DNA of 29,584 bases from Bacteroidota bacterium (GCA_020438185.1 JAGQVC010000001.1:1-29584); one strand, 5' to 3'. Positions 7,951-20,429 are shown, counted from the first letter of the stretch. Numbers and translations are program-made. The notes: a model not told the origin generated them from the sequence alone.

Positions 7951-8897
7951 TATCATTTATCATCCCGGTATTTCAAAATGAGCTCACGATTGATCAAACT
8001 TTTGCTGAAGTTCAAAGGTTGATAAAAGAAAGTGTCGGAATAGCATACGAGTTCATCTTCATCAACGATGGTTCTACAGATGATTCATGGAACAGAATTC
8101 AAAAGCTGAGTCAAATTCACCCGGAGGTTTCAGGTATCAGTTTTAGCAGGAATTTTGGCCAGGTTCCGGCTATTAATGCTGGCCTGAATCTTTGCAAGGG
8201 AGATGCTGCAATAGTATTATCAGCAGACTTACAAGATCCGCCTGAAATGATTCTGAAACTTCTGGATGCATGGCAAAATGGCGAAGAAATAGTGATTGCC
8301 TACCGCATTGCACGCGAAGACAGATGGACTTCCCGACTGGTTTCGTCCATATTTTATCGCTCTATCCGAGCTGCTATTCCTTCGATGCCTGCAGGCGGAT
8401 TTGACTTTGTACTTCTCGGCAGGAAAGCGATTAACGCATACAATCAACTAAAAAGTAAAAATCGCTTTTTTCAGGGCGATGTCCTATGGTTAGGGTACCC
8501 AACCAAAATGCTACCTTATAAACGAGTTGCGAGAACAAAAGGTAAATCTCAATGGACAATCAAGAGGAAGCTTAAATATTTCATTGATGCCTGGCTAAAT
8601 TCCAGCTATTTACCAATTCGCCTAATGTCGTTAAGCGGTGTAATTACCGCTTTCGCGGGATTTATTTATGCTATGGTAGTAGTTTATGCCAGAATGATAA
8701 ATCACGTTCCGTTTAAAGGATATGCACCCATTGTAATTCTTATCTTACTAATTGGAGGCCTTGTTATGATTATGCTTGGAATAATTGGGGAATATCTTTG
8801 GAGAATTCTTGATGAAGTAAAAACAAAGCCTGAATACATCATAAGTGAATATTCAGGCTTCGAAGACCCTTCCTCCGGCACGGAGAAAATAAAGTAA
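7947..8897 (+). CDS. GT2 glycosyltransferase, polyprenyl-phosphate (GtrB/ArnC-like) type
   Basis: IIPVFQNE, INDGSTD, SRNFGQ, SADLQDPPE, two C-terminal TM helices and LGIIGEYL. ATGA overlap with the upstream gene. Confidence 0.9.
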   Translation: MISFIIPVFQNELTIDQTFAEVQRLIKESVGIAYEFIFINDGSTDDSWNRIQKLSQIHPEVSGISFSRNFGQVPAINAGLNLCKGDAAIVLSADLQDPPEMILKLLDAWQNGEEIVIAYRIAREDRWTSRLVSSIFYRSIRAAIPSMPAGGFDFVLLGRKAINAYNQLKSKNRFFQGDVLWLGYPTKMLPYKRVARTKGKSQWTIKRKLKYFIDAWLNSSYLPIRLMSLSGVITAFAGFIYAMVVVYARMINHVPFKGYAPIVILILLIGGLVMIMLGIIGEYLWRILDEVKTKPEYIISEYSGFEDPSSGTEKIK

Positions 8898-8899
8898 GC

Positions 8900-10198
<1,299 letters not shown>

Positions 10199-10213
10199 TT
10201 AAAAGGTTATAAT

Positions 10214-11335
10214 TCAGGCGACAGCGTGCTTTACTGATTCCATCATTTCAATAAATTGATCAAAAAGGTATCTGGAATCATGTGGCCCCGGAGATGCTTC
10301 TGGGTGATATTGAACTGAAAATGCATGCTTAGACTTATGTTTTATACCTGCCACAGTATGATCATTCAAATGAACATGAGTAATCTCCAGTTCAGGATTG
10401 CTTTCAACATCTTCCTTCACTATGGCAAATCCATGATTCTGCGATGTCACTTCACACAGACCTGTTTGCAGGTTTTTTATGGGATGATTAATACCTCTGT
10501 GGCCATTAAACATTTTATAAGTATTCACACCCATCGCTTTCGCAAAAACCTGATGGCCAAGGCAAATTCCAAAAAGCGGGATACCTGATTCAAGCACCTC
10601 ATTTACAGTGTGTACAGCATAATCTAACGTAGCAGGATCACCTGGGCCATTTGAAATCATGAAACCGTCAGGCTTGAATTCAAGCATTTCAGCAAAAGAA
10701 GTTCTTGCCGGAAATACCTTTACAAGACATCCCCTTTCAGCAAGATTGGAAACAATAGACTTTTTCACACCAAGGTCTAATAATGCAACCTTGAATCCGG
10801 ATTCTTTTTCCCCAACCTCGTATGCCGTTTTTGTACTTACTTCACTGGCTAATTCCAAGCCTTCCATGGAAGGAATTTCACTGAGTTTCAATTTCAACTG
10901 TTCCGGATCAAGAATCTCGGACGAAATCACAGCGTTCATTGCTCCTTTATGCCTGATGTGCCTAACTAATTCGCGTGTATCTATTCCAAAAATTGCAGGA
11001 ATATTAGCTCTGGAAAAATAGTCGTGGATATTCCCATTGGCCAACTGGCGGGACATAAACGGCGAAAGATCCTTACAAACCAGACCTGCAATTTTCATCC
11101 CTTTTGACTCTTCGTCTTGCTCTACCACACCATAATTACCAATGTGGACATGAGTTGCCACTACTATCTGACCAAAATAGGAAGGGTCTGTAAATATTTC
11201 CTGGTAGCCGGTCATTCCGGTATTAAAACAAATTTCTCCTTGAGCAGTTAACGGCGTTCCCGCCGTGAAGCCTTTAAAGTGCCTGCCGTCGGCAAGAAGC
11301 AGAATGGCAGGATTAAATTGTTCCGTTGTATTCAT
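10214..11335 (-). CDS. carA: Carbamoyl-phosphate synthase small subunit
   Basis: FNTGMTGYQEIFTDPSY, SNGPGDP, GICLGHQ, SQNHGFA, QYHPEASPGPHD. The ATG at 11335 is preferred over the TTG at 11353, which lies in the terminator U-tract. Confidence 0.97.
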   Translation of the reverse strand: MNTTEQFNPAILLLADGRHFKGFTAGTPLTAQGEICFNTGMTGYQEIFTDPSYFGQIVVATHVHIGNYGVVEQDEESKGMKIAGLVCKDLSPFMSRQLANGNIHDYFSRANIPAIFGIDTRELVRHIRHKGAMNAVISSEILDPEQLKLKLSEIPSMEGLELASEVSTKTAYEVGEKESGFKVALLDLGVKKSIVSNLAERGCLVKVFPARTSFAEMLEFKPDGFMISNGPGDPATLDYAVHTVNEVLESGIPLFGICLGHQVFAKAMGVNTYKMFNGHRGINHPIKNLQTGLCEVTSQNHGFAIVKEDVESNPELEITHVHLNDHTVAGIKHKSKHAFSVQYHPEASPGPHDSRYLFDQFIEMMESVKHAVA

Positions 11336-11351
11336 TGGAGCACAAAAGTTC

Positions 11352-11383
11352 AAAAAAAAAGGATAAAACCGATGGCTTTATCC
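11352..11383 (-). terminator. Intrinsic terminator after rplQ
   Basis: Minus strand reads GGATAAAGC-CATCG-GTTTTATCC followed by a run of T. Confidence 0.8.
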
Positions 11384-11413
11384 TTCTAAATGTTCACAGA
11401 TTGATAATTAATA

Positions 11414-11986
11414 TCATTCAGCTTTTTCTTCTTCAGTAGATTGTTCTTCCGAATTATTCGAGTCGTTTGAAGTGTCTTCAGCTTTTGCTTCAACCTCAGG
11501 CGCATCAGTGGAAGTCGCTACAACTTCTTCTGCCGAGGACGCCTGAGCAACAGGGGCGGCAGGCTTTTTCTTTCCGGCACGACGAGTTTTCTTCTCAGAC
11601 TTTAGTTTAGAATCCTTACGCAGGTTTTCGTTGTAATCAACAAGCTCGATTAAAGCCATTTCTGCGTTATCACCTAAACGATTTCCAAGCTTTATTATTC
11701 TTGTGTAACCTCCCGGACGATCAGCAACCTTAGCTGAAACATCTCTAAAAAGCTCACTCACGGCATTTTTATCCTTTAGATAAGCAAATACCGTTCTGCG
11801 GCTATGAGTTGTATCCTCTTTCGATTTTGTAATCAGTGGTTCTACAAACACTCGCAAAGCTTTAGCTTTTGCAAGTGTGGTATTGATTCTTTTGTGCAGT
11901 ATCAGTGAACTGGCCATGTTCGCCATCATAGCCTTGCGATGTGGCGCTTTTCTGCCTAAGTGATTTACTTTTTTACCGTGTCTCAT
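11414..11986 (-). CDS. rplQ: 50S ribosomal protein L17 with acidic C-terminal tail
   Basis: [32 protein letters not shown]. Confidence 0.98.
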   Translation of the reverse strand: MRHGKKVNHLGRKAPHRKAMMANMASSLILHKRINTTLAKAKALRVFVEPLITKSKEDTTHSRRTVFAYLKDKNAVSELFRDVSAKVADRPGGYTRIIKLGNRLGDNAEMALIELVDYNENLRKDSKLKSEKKTRRAGKKKPAAPVAQASSAEEVVATSTDAPEVEAKAEDTSNDSNNSEEQSTEEEKAE

Positions 11987-12028
11987 GATTTCTTCGTATG
12001 ATCTTCAACCCGCAAGGGTGAACAATTT

Positions 12029-13021
12029 TTAGTCTTTATCCAGTTTATATTTTGAAAGGTTCATACCAAAAGTAAGTTGCTTACTCTGTACCAGTTCTTC
12101 TAGCTCAGTTAGAGACTTCTTTCCAAAGTTTCTGAATTTGAGTAAGTCGTTTTTATTGTATGAAACCAGATCGGCAAGTGTATCAACATCTGCAGCTTTC
12201 AAACAATTCAAAGCCCGAACAGATAAGTCCATGTCAACCAAACGTGTTTTCAACAACTGACGCATGTGAAGAATATCCTCATCAAACTCTTCTGTGGTAA
12301 CCTTCTCTTCAATGTCTTCAGTAATCTTTTCATCAGAAAACAACATGAAGTGTTGGATTAAAATTTTCGCAGCTTCTTTTAATGCGTCCTTAGGATGAAT
12401 GGACCCATCACTGGCAATATCAAGAATCAGCTTCTCATAGTCAGTCTTTTGTTCAACTCTGTAATTCTCTACCGTATATTTAACATTACGGATAGGTGTA
12501 AAAATTGAATCAATCGGTATAAGTCCAATTTGCTGTGTAGCAGGTCTGTTTTCTTCTGCAGGAACGTATCCACGCCCCTTATCAATTGTAATCTCAAGTT
12601 TTAAATTAACACTTGGATCCATTTGACAAATCACAAAGTCGTGATTGAGAACCTGAAAAGAAGACGTGAATTTACCTATATCTCCCGCGGTCAACTGATT
12701 CTGACCACTAATTTGAATAACTACTTTTTCATGTTCTGTAGAATCAATCTGGCGCTTAAATCTTACTTGTTTAAGATTAAGAATGATTTCAGTTACATCC
12801 TCAACAACACCTTTGATGGTAGAAAACTCATGCTCAACTCCTTCTATTTTCACAGAGGTAATGGCGAAGCCTTCAAGTGATGAAAGCAGAATACGACGAA
12901 GCGCATTGCCAACAGTGATTCCATATCCGGGCTCCAGAGGTCTGAATTCAAACTGACCTTCGTAGTCAGTTGACTGAATCATGATTACTTTATCCGGACG
13001 TTGAAATGCCAATATAGCCAT
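12029..13021 (-). CDS. rpoA: RNA polymerase alpha subunit
   Basis: [38 protein letters not shown]. Confidence 0.99.
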   Translation of the reverse strand: MAILAFQRPDKVIMIQSTDYEGQFEFRPLEPGYGITVGNALRRILLSSLEGFAITSVKIEGVEHEFSTIKGVVEDVTEIILNLKQVRFKRQIDSTEHEKVVIQISGQNQLTAGDIGKFTSSFQVLNHDFVICQMDPSVNLKLEITIDKGRGYVPAEENRPATQQIGLIPIDSIFTPIRNVKYTVENYRVEQKTDYEKLILDIASDGSIHPKDALKEAAKILIQHFMLFSDEKITEDIEEKVTTEEFDEDILHMRQLLKTRLVDMDLSVRALNCLKAADVDTLADLVSYNKNDLLKFRNFGKKSLTELEELVQSKQLTFGMNLSKYKLDKD

Positions 13022-13066
13022 GTTAATTGCAGGTTTGAAAGATGAATAGATGATAAAAGAAACAAA

Positions 13067-13672
13067 TTACTTGGAATACAATTCCACAATTAACTGTTCC
13101 TTAATGTTCTCCGGAATTAGCTCACGCTCTGGAAAATTGAGGAAAGTTCCGCTAAGGCTTTGAACATCAAATTCAAGCCATGAGAATTTGTTGTGATGAC
13201 CGGCAACAGAAGCAGAAATAACTTCGAGTGATTTAGACTTCTGACGAACAGCAACTTTATCACCGGGTTTAAGTGTATAAGACGGAATATTTACCACACT
13301 ACCATTAACTGTGATGTGACGGTGTGATACCAGCTGACGGGCTCCTGATCTGGTTGGAGCTATTCCCAATCTGAACACCACATTATCAAGACGTGCTTCA
13401 ATAAGCTTTAAAAGCATTTCACCTGTTACACCCTGTGCTCTGTTAGCGCGATCAAAAATTCTTGCGAATTGTTTCTCAAGAATACCATAAGTGTATTTCG
13501 CCTTTTGTTTCTCCTGAAGCTGAATCCCATATTCAGAAACCTTGTTTCTGCGTTTTGAATTTCCGTGCATTCCCGGAGGATAGTTCTTTTTCGTAAGAAC
13601 TTTATCAGGACCGAAAATAGGTTCACGGAATTTACGTGCGATTTTCGATTTGGGGCCTCTGTATCTTGCCAT
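13067..13672 (-). CDS. rpsD: 30S ribosomal protein S4
   Basis: [41 protein letters not shown]. Confidence 0.99.
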   Translation of the reverse strand: MARYRGPKSKIARKFREPIFGPDKVLTKKNYPPGMHGNSKRRNKVSEYGIQLQEKQKAKYTYGILEKQFARIFDRANRAQGVTGEMLLKLIEARLDNVVFRLGIAPTRSGARQLVSHRHITVNGSVVNIPSYTLKPGDKVAVRQKSKSLEVISASVAGHHNKFSWLEFDVQSLSGTFLNFPERELIPENIKEQLIVELYSK

Positions 13673-13698
13673 TTTACTTGAATGAAATTAATGATTGA

Positions 13699-14088
13699 TT
13701 AAACGCGGCGACGTTTTGGTGGACGACATCCATTATGTGGAACTGGTGTTACATCTACAATCTCACTCACTTCAATTCCACTATTGTGAATGGTTCTGAT
13801 AGCTGACTCGCGACCGCCTCCGGGACCTTTAACAAATACTTTCACTTTACGCAATCCAAGGTCATATGCAACTTTAGAGCAATCTCCTGCAGCCATCTGA
13901 CCAGCATAAGGTGTATTTTTCTTTGATCCGCGAAATCCCATCTTGCCGGCAGAACTCCAGGAAATAACCTGTCCGTTCGTATTGGTGAGGGAGATAATGA
14001 TGTTGTTAAAAGTAGCATTTATGTGGGCGTGCCCAACTGCTTCTACTTTCACAACTCGCTTCTTGGTTGTTTTTGTTGATTTAGCCAT
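13699..14088 (-). CDS. rpsK: 30S ribosomal protein S11
   Basis: [32 protein letters not shown]. Confidence 0.99.
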   Translation of the reverse strand: MAKSTKTTKKRVVKVEAVGHAHINATFNNIIISLTNTNGQVISWSSAGKMGFRGSKKNTPYAGQMAAGDCSKVAYDLGLRKVKVFVKGPGGGRESAIRTIHNSGIEVSEIVDVTPVPHNGCRPPKRRRV

Positions 14089-14123
14089 TTTTCGGTGTTC
14101 TCAATCGTTATATTGCTGGAAGA

Positions 14124-14501
14124 TTATTTCGTAACCTTCTTCTTGTTAGCTACAGTTTTCTTCTTGCCTTTTCTTGTGCGGGCATTGTTCTTAGTGGTTT
14201 GACCACGAAGAGGTAAGCCTACACGATGACGAATACCACGATAGCATCCAATATCCATAAGACGTTTGATGTTAAGTTGCACTTCAGAACGAAGAGAACC
14301 CTCTACCTTGATATTATTATTAATGAACTCCCTGATTTTTGAGAGTTCATCATCGTCCCAGTCAGATACTTTCTTATCAAAAGAAATTCCTGATTCAGAA
14401 AGAATTCTTTGAGCAGTAGAACGACCTATACCGTAGATGTAGGTAAGGCCAATTTCACCACGCTTATTTTTTGGAAGATCAATTCCTGAAATACGAGCCA
14501 T
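14124..14501 (-). CDS. rpsM: 30S ribosomal protein S13
   Basis: [36 protein letters not shown]. Confidence 0.99.
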   Translation of the reverse strand: MARISGIDLPKNKRGEIGLTYIYGIGRSTAQRILSESGISFDKKVSDWDDDELSKIREFINNNIKVEGSLRSEVQLNIKRLMDIGCYRGIRHRVGLPLRGQTTKNNARTRKGKKKTVANKKKVTK

Positions 14502-14516
14502 ATCGCTTGCTTTTTA

Positions 14517-14633
14517 TTATCCTTGACGTTGTTTGAATTTGGGATTCTTTTTGTTGATGACATAAAGTCTCCCCTTGCGGCGAACAATTTTGCATTCCGC
14601 ACTCCTTTTCTTGATGGAGGTTTTTACTTTCAT
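14517..14633 (-). CDS. rpmJ: 50S ribosomal protein L36 (not in the ORF track; 38 aa)
   Basis: Manual translation: [38 protein letters not shown]. Located between infA and rpsM. Confidence 0.97.
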   Translation of the reverse strand: MKVKTSIKKRSAECKIVRRKGRLYVINKKNPKFKQRQG

Positions 14634-14641
14634 CTCTGTGT

Positions 14642-14860
14642 TTATTTATAGCGGTAAGTGATACGTCCTTTAGTCAAATCATATGGAGACATTTCAACCT
14701 TCACTTTATCGCCCGGTAAAATCTTTATATAGTGCATGCGCATCTTGCCTGAAATATGAGCGATAATAATATGCCCATTTTCAAGTTCCACCCGAAACAT
14801 TGCATTAGACAACGCTTCTACAATGGTTCCGTCCTGCTCTATTGACGACTGCTTTGACAC
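14642..14860 (-). CDS. infA: Translation initiation factor IF-1 (GTG start)
   Basis: [33 protein letters not shown]. Confidence 0.99.
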   Translation of the reverse strand: MSKQSSIEQDGTIVEALSNAMFRVELENGHIIIAHISGKMRMHYIKILPGDKVKVEMSPYDLTKGRITYRYK

Positions 14861-14878
14861 TCAGTATATTTTGTTTTA

Positions 14879-15670
14879 TTAAACAATTATTTCATTTCGC
14901 TGCTTCAAGACTTCCTCCACAAAAACAAATGAAGAAAGAATATCTGCCTTGCCCTTTTGCACTGCTATGGTATGCTCAAAATGCGCTGATGGCTGTTTGT
15001 CAGCTGTAGTTATCGTCCAGCCATCCGTTCCATGCTTCACATTCTTTGTACCCATATTTACCATTGGTTCAATAGCAATCACGAGTCCCTCCTGCAACTT
15101 CAATCCACTACCTCTTTTTCCAAAGTTCGGAACCTCAGGAGCTTCATGAAGACTTTTTCCAAGACCATGGCCAACTAATTCTCGAACTACACCATATCCT
15201 TCCTTTTCGCAATGTGATTGGACAGCAAAAGATATATCTCCTAACCTTTTGCCGGCAACAGCCATTTCAATTCCTTTATAAAGGCTTTCCTTCGTAACTC
15301 GCATGAGTTTCAGCACATCCTCCTTTACTTCACCTATTGCGAAAGTATAAGCAGAATCTCCATAAAAACCATTTTTCAGAACACCGCAATCAACTGAGAT
15401 AATCTCACCATCCTTAAATGGAGTTGATGTTGGAATTCCATGAACAACTTGTTCATTTGGAGAAATGCAAAGCGCATTTGGAAAACCACCATAGCCCTTA
15501 AAAGCAGGAACAGCAGCATGATCTCTGATAAACTCATCAGCTATTTTATCCAAATCAAGCGCAGAAACACCTGGTCTGATTATTTTGGCCACTTCTGCAA
15601 GTGCCCGGGCAACAAGTAAAGAACTCTCTCTTATTAATTCAATCTCTTCAGCTGTCTTGTAATAGATCAT
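14879..15670 (-). CDS. map: Type I methionyl aminopeptidase
   Basis: VHGIP, DCGVLKNGFYGDSA, VGHGLG, IEPMVN, HFEHT. Confidence 0.98.
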   Translation of the reverse strand: MIYYKTAEEIELIRESSLLVARALAEVAKIIRPGVSALDLDKIADEFIRDHAAVPAFKGYGGFPNALCISPNEQVVHGIPTSTPFKDGEIISVDCGVLKNGFYGDSAYTFAIGEVKEDVLKLMRVTKESLYKGIEMAVAGKRLGDISFAVQSHCEKEGYGVVRELVGHGLGKSLHEAPEVPNFGKRGSGLKLQEGLVIAIEPMVNMGTKNVKHGTDGWTITTADKQPSAHFEHTIAVQKGKADILSSFVFVEEVLKQRNEIIV

Positions 15671-15680
15671 CTGAAGATCA

Positions 15681-17030
15681 TTAACTCGCCATTGTAACAG
15701 CTGATGATGTTGCGCGACCTTTCAGTCTTCCGCTCTTCATCAACCCGTCATACTGTCTCATCAAAAGATAACTTTCAATTTGCTGTAATGTATCAAGCAC
15801 AACCCCAACTAGAATCAAAAGAGAAGTGCCGCCATAAAATTGAGCAAACTTATTTGTAACTCCGATTAACATAGCCAGTGCCGGAAGTATTGCCACAACG
15901 GCAAGAAATACGGAACCTGGTAATGTAATTCTTGACATAATATTATCAATAAAATCAGCAGTTGGTTTGCCTGGACGAATACCAGGGATGAATCCACCAC
16001 TGCGCTTCATTTCTTCTGCCATATTCTTAGGATTAACCGTAATTGCAGTATAGAAATAAGTAAAGAGGATAATCATCACTGCAAAAGTCAGATTGTACCA
16101 AAAACCTGTTATGTTGCTGAATTCTGAAATAAAACCTTGTAAAGAATCACTGTTAGCAAAACCTGCTATAGTAATTGGAATAAACATAATAGCCTGCGCG
16201 AAAATGATTGGCATCACTCCTGCAGCATTTACACGTAATGGTATGTATTGGCGGGCACCAACAATTTGCTGATTACCTTGAACTCGCTTCGCTTGTTGAA
16301 CAGGAATTCGTCTTACACCCTGAACTAACAATAAAGTAAGTATTACAACCAATAAGAGAATAACTAATTCAACCAGGAACATTACCAATCCTCCTCCTGA
16401 TTGTTCCAGGCGGGAACCAAATTCAGCAACGATTGCAGATGGCAGACCAGCAATAATCCCCACCATGATAATTAACGAGATACCGTTACCAATTCCTCTG
16501 TCTGTAATTCTCTCGCCAAGCCACATGATAAACATAGTGCCCGCTACCAGAATAATAGTAGAAGAAATCCAAAAGAATGCTCCTGAATTGGAAACAGCGT
16601 TTGTCCCAAGCTGTGAATTTAAATTAGCAAGATAGCCCGGAGCCTGAAAAGCTGTTATAATTACAGTGAGATAACGAGTAAACTGATTAATCTTCTTCCT
16701 GCCGGATTCGCCCTCTTTTTGAAGCTTCTGAAAATAAGGAACAGCAATACCTAACAGTTGGATCACAATAGATGCAGAAATGTAAGGCATGATCCCAAGA
16801 GCAAAAATCGAAGCGTTTGAAAACGCCCCTCCTGAGAACATGTTTAACAAACCCATAATCCCATCAGACGTTTGCTTCTTTAATTCACCAAGTGCGTCAG
16901 GATTCACTCCCGGCAATACCACGAACGAACCAAGACGGTAAATCAGCAGAAAAAGCAGCGTATTACCAATTTTGGTGCGTAACTCTTCTACTTTGTATAT
17001 GTTCTTAATGGTATTGATCAGGTTCTTCAT
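15681..17030 (-). CDS. secY: Preprotein translocase SecY
   Basis: SIFALGIMPYISASI, WLGERITDRGIGNGISLII, GFIPGIRPGKPT, GGTSLLILVGV. Confidence 0.99.
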   Translation of the reverse strand: MKNLINTIKNIYKVEELRTKIGNTLLFLLIYRLGSFVVLPGVNPDALGELKKQTSDGIMGLLNMFSGGAFSNASIFALGIMPYISASIVIQLLGIAVPYFQKLQKEGESGRKKINQFTRYLTVIITAFQAPGYLANLNSQLGTNAVSNSGAFFWISSTIILVAGTMFIMWLGERITDRGIGNGISLIIMVGIIAGLPSAIVAEFGSRLEQSGGGLVMFLVELVILLLVVILTLLLVQGVRRIPVQQAKRVQGNQQIVGARQYIPLRVNAAGVMPIIFAQAIMFIPITIAGFANSDSLQGFISEFSNITGFWYNLTFAVMIILFTYFYTAITVNPKNMAEEMKRSGGFIPGIRPGKPTADFIDNIMSRITLPGSVFLAVVAILPALAMLIGVTNKFAQFYGGTSLLILVGVVLDTLQQIESYLLMRQYDGLMKSGRLKGRATSSAVTMAS

Positions 17031-17479
17031 CAGGCAATAATTGTGGCGCTTCCGCCGGCTTTTTCAATTGCTGCTTTTGCAGTCGCAGTAAATGCATGAA
17101 CAGTTACATCAAGTTTTGCAGTAAGTTCACCACGGCCCAGGACTTTTACTCTATCCTTTTTAGCTACAAGTCCGTGAGAACGAAGAGTTTCAAAATTGAC
17201 GGTATCGAGTTTGTGATTATCAGCCAATTCTTGCAAAACATCAAGATTGATCCCGCGATATTCTACACGGTTGATGTTTTTAAAACCAAATTTAGGAACT
17301 CGCCTTTGAAGCGGCATCTGACCACCTTCAAAACCAACTTTTGAAGAATACCCAGAACGAGACTTTGCTCCTTTATGGCCACGAGTGGAAGTGCCACCCC
17401 GTCCAGAACCCTGACCGCGTCCGATTCTTTTGTTCGATTTAACCGACCCTTCTGCAGGTTTAAGATTGCTAAGATTCAT
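17030..17479 (-). CDS. rplO: 50S ribosomal protein L15
   Basis: RIGRGQGSGRGGTSTRGHKG, GFEGGQMPLQRR. Confidence 0.99.
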   Translation of the reverse strand: MNLSNLKPAEGSVKSNKRIGRGQGSGRGGTSTRGHKGAKSRSGYSSKVGFEGGQMPLQRRVPKFGFKNINRVEYRGINLDVLQELADNHKLDTVNFETLRSHGLVAKKDRVKVLGRGELTAKLDVTVHAFTATAKAAIEKAGGSATIIA

Positions 17480-17493
17480 TACAAATATCTTTA

Positions 17494-17673
17494 TCAGATT
17501 TCTTCAACAGAAATCAGGTGTTTAACTTTTTCAATCATTCCCTGAATTTGAGGAGTTACCTCATGTTCAACCGGTGAATGCATCTTGCGAATTCCAAGCG
17601 CCCGCAATGTTTTCTTTTGACGCTCCGGGCGGTCAATTCCGCTCTTAATTTGCTTGATAATTACTTTTGCCAT
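17494..17673 (-). CDS. rpmD: 50S ribosomal protein L30 (not in the ORF track; 59 aa)
   Basis: Manual translation: MAKVIIKQIKSGIDRPERQKKTLRALGIRKMHSPVEHEVTPQIQGMIEKVKHLISVEEI. Located between rpsE and rplO. Confidence 0.97.
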   Translation of the reverse strand: MAKVIIKQIKSGIDRPERQKKTLRALGIRKMHSPVEHEVTPQIQGMIEKVKHLISVEEI

Positions 17674-17684
17674 AATGCCAGTTC

Positions 17685-18203
17685 TTATCCGTTAAAAACT
17701 TTATCCATTGAAACCCCTCTTTGTTGAGCAACCGTAGCAGCATCTCGCATAAGTGAAAGTGCATTTATTGTTGCTTTAACCACGTTATGAGGATTTGATG
17801 ATCCTTTTGATTTTGCAAGTACATCGGTGATGCCCACACTTTCAAGTACAGCGCGCATTGCACCACCGGCAATAACTCCTGTACCATGTGCAGCTGGTTT
17901 TAGAAACACTAGAGCCCCTCCAAACTTACCAACTTGTTCGTGAGGAACTGTTCCATTAATTACAGGAACTTTGATTAGAGATTTCTTAGCATCATCAACC
18001 CCTTTGCTAATTGCATCAGTTACTTCTTTTGCTTTACCGAGGCCATGACCTACGATTCCATTCTCGTTTCCGACAACTACAATCGCCGAAAAGCTGAATG
18101 CACGACCACCTTTGGTAACTTTGGTAACACGCTGAACGCCTACCAGTTTATCTTTTAGCTCAATTTCGCTGGAGCGAACTCTTTTAATTGTTGCGTTTGC
18201 CAT
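17685..18203 (-). CDS. rpsE: 30S ribosomal protein S5
   Basis: [31 protein letters not shown]. Confidence 0.99.
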   Translation of the reverse strand: MANATIKRVRSSEIELKDKLVGVQRVTKVTKGGRAFSFSAIVVVGNENGIVGHGLGKAKEVTDAISKGVDDAKKSLIKVPVINGTVPHEQVGKFGGALVFLKPAAHGTGVIAGGAMRAVLESVGITDVLAKSKGSSNPHNVVKATINALSLMRDAATVAQQRGVSMDKVFNG

Positions 18204-18209
18204 AACTGA

Positions 18210-18566
18210 TTAAAATTTAAGACCACCTTCGCGGGCTCCTTCTGCTAATGATTTAATTCTCCCATGATACAGATATCCGTTACGATCAAATTTCACAACA
18301 GAAATACCCTTTTCTATAGCTTTTGCGGCTATGGACTTTCCTACAAGAGCAGCTTTCTCTATTTTAGTTCCTTTTTGAGAAACAATGTCCGCTTCAGAAG
18401 ATGAAGCTGAAGCCAGAGTATGACCTTTCGAATCATCAATAAGCTGAGCATAAATCTCTTTATTGCTTCTGAAGATGCTGAGACGAGGTGCAGAATCATC
18501 GCCGGTAACCACCTTACGGATACGTTTCTTGATTCTTTCTCTTCTATATTCTTTTGAAATTGCCAT
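18210..18566 (-). CDS. rplR: 50S ribosomal protein L18
   Basis: [39 protein letters not shown]. Confidence 0.99.
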   Translation of the reverse strand: MAISKEYRRERIKKRIRKVVTGDDSAPRLSIFRSNKEIYAQLIDDSKGHTLASASSSEADIVSQKGTKIEKAALVGKSIAAKAIEKGISVVKFDRNGYLYHGRIKSLAEGAREGGLKF

Positions 18567-18581
18567 GATTTCTTAATATGC

Positions 18582-19139
18582 TTATTTCTTACCAGCTGAT
18601 TTACCGGCTTTACGACGAATTACTTCACCAACGAACTTGATACCTTTCCCTTTGTACGGTTCAGGTTTTCTAAGTGAACGAATTTTTGAAGAAACCATAC
18701 CAAGCAATTGCTTATCGTGTGATTTCATAATCAAAAGTGGATTTTTCCCTCTTTCAGTTTTGGCTTCTGCCTTAATCTCTTTAGGAAGTTCGAAAACCAC
18801 ATTATGAGAATAACCCAGAGACATTTCAAGCATTTGGCCAGTCACCGCTGCGCGGTAACCCACACCAACAAATTCCTGCTCTGTGGTAAAGCCTTCGCTT
18901 ACTCCTTTAACCATATTGGCAATAAGGGCACGATAAAGACCATGTTTAGATCTGTTTTCCTTCTCATCATTAGGACGGCTTACATTAAGCAATCCATCTT
19001 CAACTTTGACGCTAATATTTGGGTCAACATCCTGACTCAATTCACCTAGAGGCCCTTTCACAGTGACCAAATTATCAGCCGAAACATTAACCGAAACTCC
19101 CTGAGGAAGATTAATCGGCATTTTTCCTATTCTTGACAT
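18582..19139 (-). CDS. rplF: 50S ribosomal protein L6
   Basis: MSRIGKMPI, RKPEPYKGKGIK. Confidence 0.99.
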   Translation of the reverse strand: MSRIGKMPINLPQGVSVNVSADNLVTVKGPLGELSQDVDPNISVKVEDGLLNVSRPNDEKENRSKHGLYRALIANMVKGVSEGFTTEQEFVGVGYRAAVTGQMLEMSLGYSHNVVFELPKEIKAEAKTERGKNPLLIMKSHDKQLLGMVSSKIRSLRKPEPYKGKGIKFVGEVIRRKAGKSAGKK

Positions 19140-19160
19140 TTCCTGACGCTTTAGAAATGA

Positions 19161-19565
19161 TTAATAAACGTAACAAAGTACTTCTCCTCCAACATTCTCT
19201 CTTCTGGCCTCCTTATCAGTCATTACACCTCTTGAAGTAGAGATTATTGCGATCCCAAGACCATTGATAACCCGAGGAATACTCTGAACGTGAGTATACT
19301 TACGTAAACCTGGTTTAGAAACACGTGTTAGAGTCCTGATGGCCGGAACTTTAGTAACCGGATGGTACTTGAGAGCAATTTTGATAGTTCCCTGCGGACT
19401 ATCTTTAGCCGGATCAAGAAACTTATAACTCAGGATATATCCTTTATCAAAAAGAATCTTTGTAATTTCCTTTTTCAAGTTAGAAGCAGGAATATCAACA
19501 ACGCGGTGGTTCGCATTAATTGCGTTACGTACACGTGTCAGAAAGTCAGCTATCGGATCAGTCAT
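19161..19565 (-). CDS. rpsH: 30S ribosomal protein S8
   Basis: [34 protein letters not shown]. Confidence 0.99.
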   Translation of the reverse strand: MTDPIADFLTRVRNAINANHRVVDIPASNLKKEITKILFDKGYILSYKFLDPAKDSPQGTIKIALKYHPVTKVPAIRTLTRVSKPGLRKYTHVQSIPRVINGLGIAIISTSRGVMTDKEARRENVGGEVLCYVY

Positions 19566-19592
19566 TGTAGTTCTTTTGAAAAATTTATTGGC

Positions 19593-19862
19593 TTACCAGC
19601 TCGATTTAGTGATTCCGGGAATCTTGCCTTCAGAAGCCATTTCGCGGAATGTAATTCTTGAAATACCAAACTGACGCATGTATCCTCTTGGACGCCCGGT
19701 AAGTTTGCAGCGGTTACGAAGACGAATTTTGTTTGAATTCTTTGGAAGCTTTTGAAGTGCAACGTAATCGCCGGCTTCCTTTAAAGCAGCTCTTTTTGCC
19801 GCAAACTTTTCTACCAATTTCGCCCGTTTAACTTCACGGGCTTTCATGCTTTCCTTAGCCAT
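19593..19862 (-). CDS. rpsN: 30S ribosomal protein S14 (long, zinc-independent form)
   Basis: 89 aa; [21 protein letters not shown]. Confidence 0.99.
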   Translation of the reverse strand: MAKESMKAREVKRAKLVEKFAAKRAALKEAGDYVALQKLPKNSNKIRLRNRCKLTGRPRGYMRQFGISRITFREMASEGKIPGITKSSW

Positions 19863-19871
19863 CGGTCGCTG

Positions 19872-20429
19872 TTATTTTTTTTGATTTTTAAAAGGAATTC
19901 CAAACTCTTTCAATAATGCAAAAGCTTCTTTATCAGTTGGTGCGTTTGTCACAAAAGTGATATCCATACCCATAATTTTTGAAACTTTGTCAATATTAAT
20001 TTCCGGAAAAATAATCTGCTCTGTAACTCCCAATGTGTAATTGCCTCTCCCGTCAAATCCTTTATCATTCACTCCACGGAAATCACGAATACGTGGTAAC
20101 GCAACCACAATCAGACGCTCAAGGAATTCATACATCTTGTCGCCACGAAGCGTAACCCGACATCCAATTGGAACACCTTTACGAAGTTTGAAATTGGAAA
20201 TATCTTTTCTTGACTTGGTAGACACAGCTTTTTGACCGGCAATTATCGACATTTCAGCCACAGCCGAATCAATTTGCTTTTTGTCAGAAACAGCAGAACC
20301 AATTCCCTGATTCAGACAAATTTTCTCAAGCCTGGGAACTTGCATTACGCTTTTGTAACCGAACTCCTGCTTTAGGGAAGGAGCAATTTCCTTACGGTAT
20401 TTTTCTTTGAGATTTGGGGTATATTCCAT
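19872..20429 (-). CDS. rplE: 50S ribosomal protein L5
   Basis: [38 protein letters not shown]. The ATG at 20429 overlaps the rplX stop (TGATG). Confidence 0.99.
   Translation of the reverse strand: MEYTPNLKEKYRKEIAPSLKQEFGYKSVMQVPRLEKICLNQGIGSAVSDKKQIDSAVAEMSIIAGQKAVSTKSRKDISNFKLRKGVPIGCRVTLRGDKMYEFLERLIVVALPRIRDFRGVNDKGFDGRGNYTLGVTEQIIFPEINIDKVSKIMGMDITFVTNAPTDKEAFALLKEFGIPFKNQKK

Noticed and set aside
11414-11580. Long acidic low-complexity tail on L17
   Set aside because: C-terminal extensions of L17 are common in Bacteroidota.
14879-15670. map inserted between secY and infA
   Set aside because: This is a known, widespread gene order.
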